A stretch of 64,000 nt of DNA from Callorhinchus milii. Taxonomy: Eukaryota. The DNA is taken from contig NW_024704742.1 in assembly GCF_018977255.1 (NCBI RefSeq), forward strand, positions 52,950,001 to 53,014,000, written 5' to 3'. The notes under the pieces were generated by a model. The model worked only from the letters and a program-made list of their open reading frames with translations, was not told the origin of the DNA and made no database searches. Positions 37,351 to 50,952 of this stretch are shown here, in pieces (position 1 is the first letter of the stretch; the number at the start of each line of letters is the position of its first letter). A program made the translations under genes and the position numbers.

Positions 37351-40141
37351 TGTGAAACAGTTCCCAAGGAACTCTAACACAATAGTTAGACCTGAAGATT
37401 TCAACATGACCTTGTTGTTGCCGAATGTTTATTGGAATCCCTGCCTAATTCAGGTTGAATGTAGGCCGTATGTGGTGAAGCTGCACTAAAATGCCACTCT
37501 TCAGAGTTGGCCACAACATGGTGGTTGTCAGAAAACATTGAGCCGGTGAAATCTTGGGACTGGCTTTGGGCCCATTGTGCCAAAGCCTGAGGGAGGGGGT
37601 GTTCACGTATAGCTTGCTCCATTCTCTTTTATTAAATGGAAACAAAATGGGAATGATTCTTTGTTGACTGGAAAATATTTCATTTTAAACTGACATGACC
37701 AAGGTCCATAATTTCAATCGCGACTGTAGAATTACTTTCCTGTGACAGCTTTCAGATTTATCTGCAGTATTCAGGGCAGGTTAGAATTAATGCTTAAACA
37801 GTATGTAACAGAATGGCTTAATGGTTTTGACAACACTTATTAGCAAAGATCAGTATTTTTCCAAAGCTGCTTTGTTTCTGTTGCTACAGTCCTTATATGT
37901 CAAACGCCAATGACGTGCTCTGTATTGTAGTTTTCAAGGTTTCACTGCCACACAATTAGTTTTGTAACCTTTTTGAGTAAAAAGAGCCTCAATAAATTTG
38001 CTTACTAAAACAGTCACTACACATGGCAGTAATTACTATAAAAAATCTTTGACATTTTGACGTGATAAGTTACAATAAAAATGCACATTCTTTCTATAAC
38101 GTATTTCAACAATAATTGTTCTTAAATCCGTTTTACGTTTTGTAGGAAGGTCTAAGTAAGTTTACAAAGTGTTTTGACTTCTGTACCATGAGCAAACATT
38201 ACTTGCCTTAGAATTAGTTGCCTATGTTACAATTTCTCGAAACCAGGCACTAGAGTTTATTATTTTGCCTACAAAATACAGTTAATCCACTTTACAATAT
38301 ATCCTGTGAAGCACTTGGAGATGTATCAACTATGTGATAAGGCATTATATCAATTGCAAGGATTATGATTGTTATTATTATCACTATTACCTACTATACG
38401 TTTTCAGAACATGTCATTAGGGCAATGAAAAATTGAACAATCTAATGATATTTAAATTTCTCACACATACTTTTTCCTTATTTCTTCTCTATTTCTAAAA
38501 ATTATACTTCTGTTCTTTTCTTCCTGCCGTTGCATGTAATGGGTTGATCTTGGCGCTTGCTTATGCCTCTCGCAATTGTAAAGAAACCTTACCAGTGAAC
38601 ACAGGAAGTGGCTGGGCTGTGTGCACTTTTTTATTGCGCCTACTTGCAGTGTTGGGAGGTTTGTAATAACCAGACTTTTGGTGTCTGGTCAATGCTTTTG
38701 TTTCACTTCAAACCTGTCTTTCTGGTCCAAAATCAGACAGTTTACAACTTACTTAGAGTTGCTGGAAGTCACTGAATCAAGACCTCGGGTCAAAGAGAGG
38801 AAGCAAACAAACCTTCTGCTTGTAGAGTTTGATTAAATAATGATAATTATAGTCCTTGCATTTGATATAGTGCCTTAACACGTCATTGTGATGTCTCAAA
38901 GCCCTTTACAGGAATATAAAGTAGATTGACGGTATATTTTGTAGGAGAAATGCACTTATGTAGAAGTCAAGTACAATACGCTGTTTGTCTCCACTGCAGT
39001 GTGTTAGAATATATTTAGGCAATCAAGACCCTTGCTGCCATTCGTATTATTTTAATTAACTTGTGATAATAGTTGCGGTTATGGTCACCTCTCCTCTAAC
39101 CCCTATGCCCTCTCCCTTGTTTGGCACCTGACACTGTCATTGTGAAGTGCTCCAAGATATTATTCTATGTGAAGATGCTATATAAATGCAAGTTATTATA
39201 ATGAAGCCGTGAACCATAATTCTTGAGTGTGCGTATCCTCACGCACCACAGGACATTGAGCACACTGACATTTGTTATCTATACTATTAGCTGCTGCTGG
39301 AAATAACACTAACCCAAAACCCAATATAATTTATAAGACACCGAGAAGTAAAAACATTAAGCAATATGGATAAGAAAAGAAATAGAGAAGGGGATTAATA
39401 GAAAGGACAATTTAAGAATATAAAACAAGCAAACACAGGGGTCAAATCCTTCTTTCTGTGATTAAATGTTTTTTTCAATGTAAATGCATTTTAAAACTAA
39501 CAGACATCCTGAAGCAATCCGAAAACTGTAATCTCAGCTCTCATGTGACTGAAACACCACACAAGCTTTGCTCACTCACAGTTTATGATGTTATCTGACC
39601 CCAGTGATCAGATTACTGCCTAGTAAGCACTCCAGGTTTCCATTGGTCAATAAATAATTCATAACTGTATGTACTATCCAAGGTTAAGTTACAACAGCTC
39701 TTCTAGAAGTTGAAATAAATATGCTCTAGAACCAAGAAGATTGGGGGAGGAGGGGTGGCGGTGGAGATGACCAAAGTACAGTCAAAGAGATAGGTTCTCT
39801 ATTATCATGATAATAAAGCTGATAGCATCTAAATTGCATTATGTATTTCCTTTTGTTTTATAGGGACTTGGGGCAAATAACTTGATCCATCTCTTTGACT
39901 GCACCTTCGGCACCTGCCCTCTTGTCTCCCTCCTATCTCAGGCTCTCACTCGACTTTGTAAAGTGCGTTAAAACATTCTCCCTGTGTCTAAGGCACTGTT
40001 TCAATATAAATTAGTGGTAAATGATCTCAGTCTGCTTCTGATAGCACACGTAATAGAAACTTGTATCCCTATCGGCCGTGTTTTTTCCTTCTGTGACATT
40101 GTTATGGTGAAAAATTAATTCCCTACATTATTTTTTCCCAG

Positions 40142-40332
40142 AAAAACCTGTGCTGCAGAGCAGACATTCCCTGGATAGCTCCAGGCTAGTGGAGAAGATG
40201 GAATCAGCCCAACCCCTATGGATTACCCTGGCGATGCAGAAACAGAGAGGATTCCGTGAGCAGCAGGCCAGCAAAGAGGAGAGGAGGCAAGCCAGAGAAG
40301 CCAAGATAGCAGAAAAACAGGCTAAAGAAAAT
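40142..40332 (+). CDS. CRACD: CRACD exon EKPVLQSRHSLD...PLWITLAMQKQRGFREQQ...KEN
   Basis: ttttcccAG acceptor (phase 1), AAT|GTATG donor; strong match to the human sequence. Confidence 0.95.
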
Positions 40333-40986
40333 GTATGGAGCTCCTCTTAGATTGTTACATGTTAGATTGTTTCTGAGGACTGTGAGGTTGCATGCACACT
40401 CAGGGGATAATATTCTCTTCTCAATTACTGATATTTTTGGCAATGAGCATGCAAAATTCTCCATTTACCTGTAAATCCAGTGCATTGGGATGACCTCCCA
40501 AGGAGAAAAGCATTATATATATATATGCAATATAGTGTTGTAAATGTTCCCATCTTGGACAGGGTGTGTTTAGAATGGGATTTTCTGTTATAATAATAAA
40601 AAATAACAATCCTTGCATTTGATATCGCGCTTTATCACGTCATAGAGACATCTCAAAGCGCTTCGCAGAAAAACACTAAATGGTCAAAATTGATAAACTT
40701 AAAAACAAGGAGAGAAGGACCCCATAGCTGTTCCATAATGGGTATTACGAGCTGATTATGTTAAGAATGATATCTGCTGGAGAATCTAGCAATGGTAATG
40801 ACAATGTGTGGAGTGTTACCTTCACTTACACAATTTCTAATTTCTAATTCACATTCTTTCACATCCCTCCCCCCTCCCCCCCACACACACGCACACACAC
40901 ACTAATTATCAGTCATGTTAGAAGAATTAAGAGCAAGATAGCTTGTATAATAAAGGCAATGTCTGATTTTAACATTTCATCCATAG

Positions 40987-41158
40987 GCCGTGACCTTCAG
41001 TCCCATTGAAAATAAATTTAGCATTAATCACCATGTAAGTCCACTCTATTCATCAACAACTCAGGATGAGGATAAGAAAGCTGGAAGCAACATTGCGTCA
41101 AAGGTAGAACGACGTGAACACTTGAAAAAATCTGCTACACTTCCAAATTCTGTCACAG
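40987..41158 (+). CDS. CRACD: CRACD exon AVTFSP...ERREHLKKSATLPNSVT
   Basis: ccatAG acceptor, G|GTACT donor (phase 1); matches human ERREQLKKANTLPTSVT. Confidence 0.9.
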
Positions 41159-41235
41159 GTACTGAGAAGAAAATGGTTTCTGAACAGATAAGATTTTCAT
41201 TATTTTACACCTATTGCTGCATAGTATGTAATACA

Positions 41236-41608
41236 GTAATAATAATAATCCTTATATTTGATATAGCACCTGATGTCGTCAAGACATCTCAAAGCACCAC
41301 AGAGTATACTGTAAAGTATATACTGTAAAGTGGAGTGACTGTACTTTGTGAGCAAAACGCGGCAGCCAATTGCACACAGCAGTGACCCACAAACAGCTGT
41401 GGATCGAGTGAACACATTTTTTTTGAAGGGATTCTTACCCTTGGAAAGCAATCCGCCAATTGACTAACAACTGCATTCCTACTTACTGCTAGGTAAACAG
41501 AGATGTGTGGAGTAAGGAAACTTGCTTTAGGTTGTACCCTGCCGGGAATTGAACCAGGGTCCTCTCGCTTTCGAGGCGAGTGCTCTAAGCACAACGCTAA
41601 AGGACTCC
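41236..41608 (-). mobile_element. Full-length tRNA-headed SINE, long subfamily
   Basis: Reverse complement of the 23489 type. Confidence 0.9.
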
Positions 41609-41664
41609 ACACAGTATTAGAAATACAACATTCGATAATGTTTCATAGAATACACCTATGTTTG

Positions 41665-42080
41665 TCTGGCTCAGTCGAAGGCACTCTTGCCTGGGTCAGC
41701 GGGTGTGCGTTATGTCCCACTTCAGGACTTTAACTTCACTGTCCAGGCTGACCCTCCAATGCAACAACAACAAAATTACATTTATATAGCGCCTTTCATG
41801 TCGGGAGGACTGATGCTGGGGGAGTACTGTGTTATTGTAAGTGGTCCTTCAGATAAGACAAAGTCAATTAAACTGACATCTGCCTGTCCAGATGGACGTT
41901 AAAGAACCCGAAAAAAAAGAAAGGAGGTTTTCCTGGTAACCTGGTCAACAATCCCTGAAAATTAGCCATTCACTTCATGGCTGCTTGTGGGAAATGTGTT
42001 TTTGGATCTCCTGTGGTTTTTGCCTGTGCCTCTGATGGCTTTTTGCCTTCCAAAACCATTTGGGGAATTAATAATCCTTG
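41665..42080 (+). mobile_element. Degenerate Deu-domain SINE with an inserted L2 tail (-, about 41762-41808)
   Basis: CTGGCTCAGTC head, GATGGACGTTAAAGAACCC; insert CAACAACAACAAAATTACATTTATATAGCGCC. Confidence 0.6.
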
Positions 42081-42866
42081 ATAAATCACTCTTCATGACT
42101 GACAGTGCACATATGCAAGCTTGCATCTTAGTTAAATGTAGATCTGGTGCTGCAGGAATTGGCCTCAATATAAATGTGGTGGTTTCTGAAATACTGGGAC
42201 TTCCAGCTGGAATTGCAGACAGAGCTACTTCCTGAAGCGACAGAAACACAGCAGACATAGTCATCTGCTAAGAGTCAGATCTTTAGTGTTGCAAGGTTTT
42301 ATTGTTATTCTTCAAGTTAGGAGAGTTGAGGTACAGATTATCTTGCACTACATTTAAGACAGCACAGCATATTCCGAAACTCACAAAACTCAAGTTTGAC
42401 CAAGAACTGAATAATATAATAATAATCCTTGCATCTGATATAGTGCCTTATCACATCGTTGAGATGTCTCAAAGTGCTTCACAGGATATACTGTAAAGTG
42501 AATTGACTATTTTGTGGGTGAAATGCGGCAGCCAATTGCACACAGCAATGTGCCACAAACAGTTGTGGATTGAGTGACTGCTTTATGCTATTTATTCAGT
42601 TAGAAGGACCCTCAGAAGTCCTCTCACACAGTAACCCCAAGTAAGAACTGGTTGTGGAAATTTCCGATTCTGAAACTATTCCACTTTCGTAATAGGAATT
42701 ACTATTTACACCTCTTTATGCACAAAGTAAAACCACGTAAATGGAAAGAATTCTAAAAGGAGGTTATAATTTGCAGTGGTATGTAATTTTGTTTCTTTCA
42801 AATATGAAGTTCTAAGTGAGATAAAGCACATTTTTGTGTAATTGTTTTTCATTCTCTTTTCCATAG

Positions 42867-43027
42867 TTGAAATTTGTGACTCAGTGGCATCAACTCCACC
42901 GGTAAAAGATTTACCTAAAAGGTTCTCAACACCTGATGCTGCCCCAGTATCTGTGGAACCCACCTGGTTGGCTCTCGCCAAGAGAAAAGCTAAAGCCTGG
43001 AGCGACTGTCCTCAGATAATTAAATGA
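42867..43027 (+). CDS. CRACD: CRACD last coding exon, ending WLALAKRKAKAWSDCPQIIK*
   Basis: ccatAG acceptor (phase 1), TGA at 43025-27; C-terminus identical to the recalled human one. Confidence 0.97.
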
Positions 43028-46000
43028 CCTTCTGATGTATGAGGAACTGCTGCTGTATTCTGCTGAGTTACCACTAAAAAGTGCTAAAGTGTATTTTCTT
43101 CACATGTTTAAGGAACACAAAAAATACTGCTTGTGCCGCAGAAATAACATACCACCGTAGTCATGAATGCATAAAACTTGTAGCTTTTAAATGTGATCTC
43201 CATTCACACACTTGGTACAGTAATTTCCCAACAGTAATGTTGAACCTGCACCCAAGTACCTATATATATATATATCTATATATATTATAAAATTATCGTG
43301 GATTCCAATATCAATAGAACATAAGAAAACATGAACAGGAGGAGGCCTTTCAACCCATCAAGCCTGTTCCACCAGTTTATTAGATCTTGGCAGATCTTTT
43401 TATCCCAATGAGGTGCCCTTTCGCCATACCCATTAATATCAACAACAGCTGGTATTGCTTTCTACCCTTGTTATTTCATACCCAATTTACTTTCAAGACT
43501 TAATGAAAGTGAATGCCCTATATAATGCCTCAAGTGAATCTTAGCTTGAACTGAAGAGTGGTTTAAGTGAGATCCAAAAGACCTTTAACAAAATGTAAGA
43601 TATTTTGATATCTTCACCGTAAATGAAAATCAGTCTTATATTTGCTGATACTATATCGATAGCTGGGAGTTTGGTATGTAGGGATAGATGTCTGATTCTA
43701 GAAAAAAAATGATTTCTTAGGTCAGTTTACTTAATATTTAGAATAGAAATTCCAGATAATAATAATCCTTGCATTTGTTATCGCGCTTCATCACGTCTTC
43801 GAGATCTCTCAAAGCACTTCACAGAATACACTGTAAAGTGTATTGACTGTGCATTTTGTGGGCGAGATATACTGTACATCAATATTAATCAAGTGAGATG
43901 CTTAAAAATGTTTTTAAAAAATGGAACTTACAACACATCATAAATGAAGAAAGGATCTTTCCACTTGTATCTACTGAAAATACAAGTGTCTAAATTGCAT
44001 CTCTCATTTTATGGATGATCGTGAAAAATTCTGACTCCCTTTGTCTATTTTAGCAATAATTTTAAAAATCTTTTTTTTCGATCTTTACCCTATGATTAAA
44101 ACTGGTGGGTGACTGGAGAATATTTACAGGAAATGTCATTTGTTTTATTGAATGGCTGTGTGGATCTACCTCACTATCTCTGTTTCTTCTATTTCTTCCC
44201 TTTTTTGTTCAGTGGTCTGTCTCTCCATTTATGCTGTGGTGTGCCTGTGTTAATAAAATATCTTTCTCTGTATTTTTAAGAGTTTTCTCTCTTTCTGCCT
44301 TCTATGGGCCTTGTCTTCTCTATGAACGTTTCTCCTTTTTAGTCAGTTGCTTCTCTTTTCTATATGTCCGTTCCTCTCTTTAGTTTATTTTCTCTTTCCA
44401 TTCATTGGTTTTCACAAGATCACAAAGAGATAGTTGAAGGAGCCCCCTCAGTTCATTGATATAATAATCCTTGCATTTGATATAGCAGCTTATTGCGTCA
44501 TTGAGAAGTCTCAAAATGCTTCACAGGATATACTGTAAAGTGAATTCACTGTATATTTTCCTCGTGCCATAACACCCATTCTACCATCTTCAAATTACAG
44601 TAACATGCTGTTTCTTAAATGTCTCTTGTGGTCTCCATGTTTTTCTCTTCCAAATTTTCTTGTGTGATTATTTCTTGACACACTTCTATGTCTGTTTCGT
44701 CTCTTATTCACATCCACCCATGTTATACTTTCTCTGCACACCTTTTGCTCCTGTACTTCTACATTTCCCTTGGTCAATCCTTTATTTTTCTCCCCATTGC
44801 TGCTCTATTTTTCTTTTCTCTATCGATCACTCTTCTCCCCTTCAGCCAGACTCACACGCAGAAAAAGGACATTAAGCAAAAGATGAGGACAGAAACGCCT
44901 GCAATACCAATAGGGTTAAAAATCTGCAGCACCCCATGAGGCCCCCACATCCTCTGTCAGGTCATAATGTGTGTAAGGATGTGATCTATAAACTTGACAG
45001 AAAATCATGCTAATTTTTAGCTTCTGAACAATTTATTCCACCAAATATGAAATTACTATTTTCAACAATATATTGTCCAATTGAAAATTAATATATTGAA
45101 AATACCACTGTGTAAAGTAAATCTACAATACCAAAAATTAAGCAAGTTGATTTTTTGTAACTCTTTTGTAGCTTGTAGCTTCAGATTGGAAGTTCGATTT
45201 ATTGGACTTTTGTGGCTATTTATATTTCAGAAACAAGCCACAAAGTAGTGTCTTGGTGTGCATGTGGACTTTTCAAATGTGCATCATTCATAATGCTTTT
45301 TCTTGTCATTGATATTTCAAATCCATTTTTATTTTATTTGTCTCCAGGTGAGAACAACATTGGATTAGAGGCATTGCACTAGCTCCAGATACTACAATGT
45401 TCCTCCAGTTTCCAGTGGGTCTCAATGGAAATTGCATATATACAGCAGATTGTAATTCAATACTTCCTCTAGCATATTTTGTACACAAAATTTACTGTAA
45501 ATTCTGTGAGAAATCATAGTATAATATGAGAGAAATCTATACTTTAAAGAGTTCTGAAAATACTCAGATTCTGCTGCCCTCTGTCAGTTCATAAACTGTA
45601 ATACAACCAGAAGGGCACATACACTCCATTTTGTTCAAAGGTGTGTTTTAATTCTTTCCTGCTGCAGAAAATTAATATGAATCTTTATTATATTAAGTTT
45701 TATTTAAAAAGCACTTTATAAATATTACATTTTTCCAATTTATTTAATTGCTCATTAAAATGGAATCAATTAAGTTACTGGCTTCAGCAAATAAAAGCTG
45801 TCATGATTTCAACACACTTTAACCTTGGCAGTCCTTAAAATACGCTGTTACATTACAAACTATATTGTTCTGATTACATGAACACTGTATTCAAATTTGA
45901 GCAGGGAGACCCAGGCCCTCTGTAATAGAGTATTCAGAGAGTGGGCTATTTGTGGAGTTGGCTACTGTTTTAGGCCAGATGATTTTATTTCAAGCAAAGG

Positions 46001-49000
46001 ACATGTTACTACCTGAAATACTGTAACAATAGGAAGTGTCAATGGTATTGATTCTACCTGTATTGCACTTTGGAATTTAAGAGAAAATGAATTGATTAGC
46101 CAGGTTGATTTGCCAATCCTCACTTCCTTAGTGCAAAAGACATTTTGACATGATAAGGTTCTGTACATTTCAAGCTCTTTTACTCATAGTTATCCATTAC
46201 TACTTAACCAACATGTAATCTTTGAACACCATTTTAAGTTGCCAATTCATGAACCTTGTCTATTATGATGATTTTCATTTCACAAGACTAGACGAATAGC
46301 TTCCTATGGCTCTTTCGAAAATGCATAATTTTATTCAATTTTATTGGATTACTCTTCTGAGAAATATAAAGCCCTCAAATCAGGACCAATTTTAACTGCT
46401 AATGCTAATTATCAAAAATGAGCGCAATCAATGTTATCAAATAGGTTAATAAAATATTTCTTAGAAAGTGAAGGTTGCAGTAAAACTACAATGATTAACA
46501 GTTGAGTGTTATAGGGCACCTTGAAACTACGGCAAAGAATATAGGCCCACAGTTTTCAAGTGAAGTATGTCTAGATAAAAGTGGCAAATTCCTTTCCAAA
46601 TGCTATTCCAGTCTTCAATTGCTAAAATAAACGGGAGACAAAATAATGCTCCCATGACCGTCTGGTGATAATAGGATACAGTTTTTTTAAGGAGCCAGTG
46701 ATGCCTGGTATATTACAGAATGAAACACCCATCACCTGAGAATCTAACCTTTATGTGTACATAGATATCAGAAAATCTAACTACATGTATATAGTTAACT
46801 GAAAATCTAATCATTATGTGTACATAAATATCAAAGTCTAACCATTAAATGTACAGCTTGAGGCTTTCCTTAACTTTATGTGCAGTCTAACAGCTGGATG
46901 AATTTGGATATGTCGCTTCTATGAATCAGTTCACTAGATTTGCTTTCAAAACTCAATCATTAGAACTTCCAAAATACTGTGTGTGTGTGTGTATATATAT
47001 ATTACCTGATTAAGGCGCTGTAGAGAGCCTTTCTCCAAGTACATTGGTTTCTTTCTGCTTGTAATTTTCATCAGACGTAAATACCATTGGAGCTTGAAAA
47101 GAAACACATCAGTTTTTTAATATTTATCTTTTTTAAACTTCAGCTACATTCATATCTTTATGGTGTCATGGGGCAAAAACAATGCTCACATGGCCACTCT
47201 ACATTTAGCACAGAAAGGTTAAGTAAAGAAGCTTAAATAAAATGAATTTTCCCCTCTAGACACTGCATTTTCAAAAAGCTTTGCATGTAACAATTACAAC
47301 TTTTACACTCAAGTGGAAGACAGCTGAAAATTTAAATTTATCTTTCCTTATATTTATAATTTTCAATCCAGGTTAGTGTCATTAGTAAAGTGTATATTTG
47401 AATTCAATCTATCTGTGTTGGGTCATGAAATTCTGGTTGAACTCAGAAACAAGCAACAAAGCTATTTTGAAAAAATGATTTTTCTCAAAAATAAATCCTG
47501 GATTTTTTCAACAATTACTTTTTGTCCAATGTTTCCCTGAAAACTTGTGTAATTAGAAGATGCCAGATAATCTATTCCCCACTTAATTTTGTGATAGCTC
47601 TATCTTCTTTGCATTTCTCAGCTGTCCCTCCACCTTCAACTTTTAAATAGTCTCCCACAGTAACTCAGCATGAATCAAAGCTCTCAAGATTGATTGAGTG
47701 CACATTCCTTGTCGATCATTAAGGGAAATAAAACAATGTTTAAACAAAGTGTTTATTTTACAATGATTCAGGTTATACAATAATGAACATTTCTCACCTA
47801 GAATCAAAGATAAAAGAGACAAAACCACTGTGTGATGGCTTCTTGCTGAAGTTTTTGTAATACTATTTTTCTTGAAAATTCAATTCATACTCACCTCCTC
47901 CCTTCTGATTCTCACTTGGATTTTTTTTAAATGTCTGAAAGCTGAAAACGTAACCAGAGTTTTTTTTAAATAACCGAAGAAGGACAATTTTACACAGCGT
48001 GCAACATATTAGCACAATTTCACGATTCACCAAACACATTTTTTTATGTGTATTTAATTTAAGTCTAGAATTAAAAAAAAACTTTTTCAAACTTACACAG
48101 ATTCTTGCTAGGCAGCTGTAAGCATTTGTAAGGTTTTCCAGATGAAATAAATTTGTAAGGGGTAGGGACTCTGCGATTATTCCAAGTGTAACTCCTACAC
48201 TTGTGAGCTGTTTTTGGTGCCCAGATTCTTTATTGCTTCTAAATTCTTGCCTTTCAGATATTGGACCAATTATTTAGCTTATATATGACACATAAAAATG
48301 ATCCTTTCATCTAGATTGTAAGTTGCAAACAGGATTCAATTCAGCTAATGGAGGGGATATAAAACACAGATAGCTGGAGAACCATGCTTTAAAATACTCA
48401 CAGCTTACCTAACTTAATGTTCAAGGTAGGATTTGATGATGTGCTAAATTCTCATCAATATAAATGCTATATTAAATAATTGGTGTCAATATGCAGTATT
48501 TTTATGTACTTGATTGGTATTATGCTGTAATATAGACTCATCAAGGACTGGGTCCTAGTCACTAAAACAAAGGACAGCTTATTCGATGTGCTAATTGTGT
48601 TTTTGTGTAGGTACTGTACGATGCACAGTAAATTTAACACCAGAAAACAAAGGGCCATTACTAAAGCATTTCATTATGAGCAGCAAATTATTATGCTGGT
48701 AGAAATCAAAATCTAACATCACTATTGTCCAACCTATTATTCCAGGTACTTTGCACTAACATCTTGTTATAATGTTGCTTTACAATAAATTGTTAAACGT
48801 TCTGGCCATGACATTCATTGCGTTCCTGTTTATTCAGCACTGAAAATTGGGAACACAATGCAATACTTAATATATAGAAAATAATACAATGTCAAATGTT
48901 ATTCAAGGGCACAATTCTTAGACCTGTTTTTTGGAATTACACAAACTTTTGTTATTCCTGATTTTGTTTTTAATTTTTCATTCTCATTTGCAGTTTTTAA

Positions 49001-49300
49001 AAAAATCTCTACAAACCATTTCGTATCAATACCAATATAAAACAGCTAACGTATAAACAGAGTAAATGTTTATTGTGATACTAACCTCATTCCATGTACA
49101 AAAGTGATTTTATGATACAATGTTACCTTAACTTGGTTTCACTTTATTTTTAAAAAGTGTTGCAAAGTGCAATTGTTTCTAATTGTGTTGTCTTTTTAGG
49201 TACATTACTTTGAATTTCAGCACTGCATTCAGTCCTGTAGTGTGTAATTATTAAAGTGTTGTTATGTAATAAACACCTCTTTTATTGATCAACTGCCTAA
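43028..49300 (+). other. Putative long CRACD 3' UTR with candidate poly(A) signals
   Basis: AT-rich and poor in transposons from about 45000; AATAAA at 44252, about 45790, 48784 and 49268. The true end cannot be read from sequence alone. Confidence 0.45.
46740..46858 (+). repeat. Degenerate minisatellite of about 30 bp, about 4 units
   Basis: Units resemble AATCTAACCWTTATGTGTACATARATATCAGAA. Confidence 0.8.
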
Positions 49301-50098
49301 CTGTTACTATAAAAGTTACTGTCATCTTTTACTATATTCATCTTTATTTTTTACGTGTTTGAACACAAATTACTATCCTTTTTGGGAGGCGGCAGGGAAA
49401 GGGGAAAGCTCCTATTGAGCTCAGCTGGTTCTAAAGTTGGCAGAGGAATGCCAGAATCAGGTCAACCCTTTCTGTCTATCTTAGTCATCCGGTTCGAGCC
49501 GAGTGGGTCAGCAGTACTCCAGCCATGTCATCAGCAGGACTTGAGGTGCAGGACTAGGAACAGGGATTTTTCTGGCTCCTGTTAATATCGCAGGTCATAG
49601 CCCTAACAGATAGGGTGATTTTACAAAGCTTACAAGCAGCCGGAAGCTTGGCAAGCAAAATTATTTTTTAGAAGCTTATGCTCAGTATCCCAACCCACAC
49701 ACTGGGGATCCAAGACTTGGTTCTTGCCATCCAGGCAATTTCCATGTTTAAATGGCATACAAATGTGGAACTCTGCTTGGGTTGGATACATTTAAGGATG
49801 ACACCAGACCCCAGCAGATCACAAAAAAAAATGCAATTCTTTAGGATTCTTTAGTCCGGCACATTTTATATCACAAACTATAAGCTGTATTGTACGAACT
49901 GGAGGTCTACATCGCTTTTTAAATCGGATGCATGAGAAAGTTTTGAATTTACATGAATGAAATGTTACTTCTTTGCCACCTGAAGTAAAGTTTTAGTGTA
50001 TTAACGTTATTCACTTTTCCATCAGTTGTTGGAATCAGGTATGGGATAGGGGAGATGCAGAGTAAAGCTTCCTATTTTCTGACCAAACATAAGCTGTC

Positions 50099-50952
50099 CC
50101 TGAGCTGTCCTTTATTCCTCATATCCGCGCCACAACTGGCACCGCCTTCCATCACCTCCAGAATATCGCCAGACTACGGCACTACCTCACCCCTCACGCG
50201 GCTGAAACTCTGGTCCACGCCTTTATCCCCTCAAGGCTGGACTATGGGAACTCTCTCCTCGCCGGCCTTCCCGGCACCTCCCTCCACAAGCTGCAGGTCA
50301 TTCAGAACTCTGCAGCTCGTGTACTGTCCCGCACCAGGCTTCGCGACCACATCACTCCCACCCTCGCTCGCCTCCACTGGCTCCCCATCCCCCAGAGGAT
50401 CGAATTCACGATCCTCATCCCCACCTACAAGGCCATTCACGGCCTCGCTCCCTCCTACCTCTCTGACCTACTATCCCCCTACCTACCTGCCCGTACCCTC
50501 CGTTCCTCTGGCTCCGGTCTGCTCCACATCCCCCGCCCCAACCGCCCTACCATCGGTGGTCGGGCCTTCAACCTCTCAGCCCCGAGGCTCTGGAATTCCA
50601 TCCCCCAGTGCCTTCGCTTTGCTTCCTTCCTTTCCTCCTTCAAGACCGGACTCAAAACCTTTCTCTTTGACTGTGCCTTCAGCTCCCCTCTCGACTCTCT
50701 ACCCCCTCCTCGCTCCCTCCTTTCCCTCCCCTCACCCTGACTATTTCCCCCCTCCTCGCTCCCTCCCTCCCCCCCCCCCCTCCTCGCTCCCTCCCTTCCC
50801 TCCCCTCACCCTGACTATTTCCCCCCCTCCTCGCTCCCTCCCTTTCCTCACCCTGACCATTTCCCCAATGCTCGAGTCCTGACCCAACTGTACAGCGCCT
50901 TGGGACGTCCTCCCGACGTGAAAGGCGCTCTATAAATGGAATCTTGTTGTTG
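50099..50952 (+). mobile_element. Young 5'-truncated L2 LINE with open ORF2 C-terminus, 3' UTR and (TTG)n tail
   Basis: Frame 50099-50740 has no internal stop: AETLVHAFIPSRLDYGNSLLAGLP...LQVIQNSAARVL...HITPTLARLHWLP...GRAFNLSAPRLWNSIP; CpGs retained. Confidence 0.93.
50702..50865 (+). repeat. Pyrimidine-rich tandem repeat in the L2 3' UTR
   Basis: CCCCCTCCTCGCTCCCTCC appears 4 times and CTCACCCTGAC 3 times. Confidence 0.85.

Noticed and set aside
38560..38680. Internal promoter suggested by CAGGAAGTG and a few CpGs
   Set aside because: One short motif with no other support
50055..50882. 275-aa Pro/Ser-rich ORF
   Set aside because: Alternative frame of the C-rich L2 fragment; the L2 protein frame is 50099-50740
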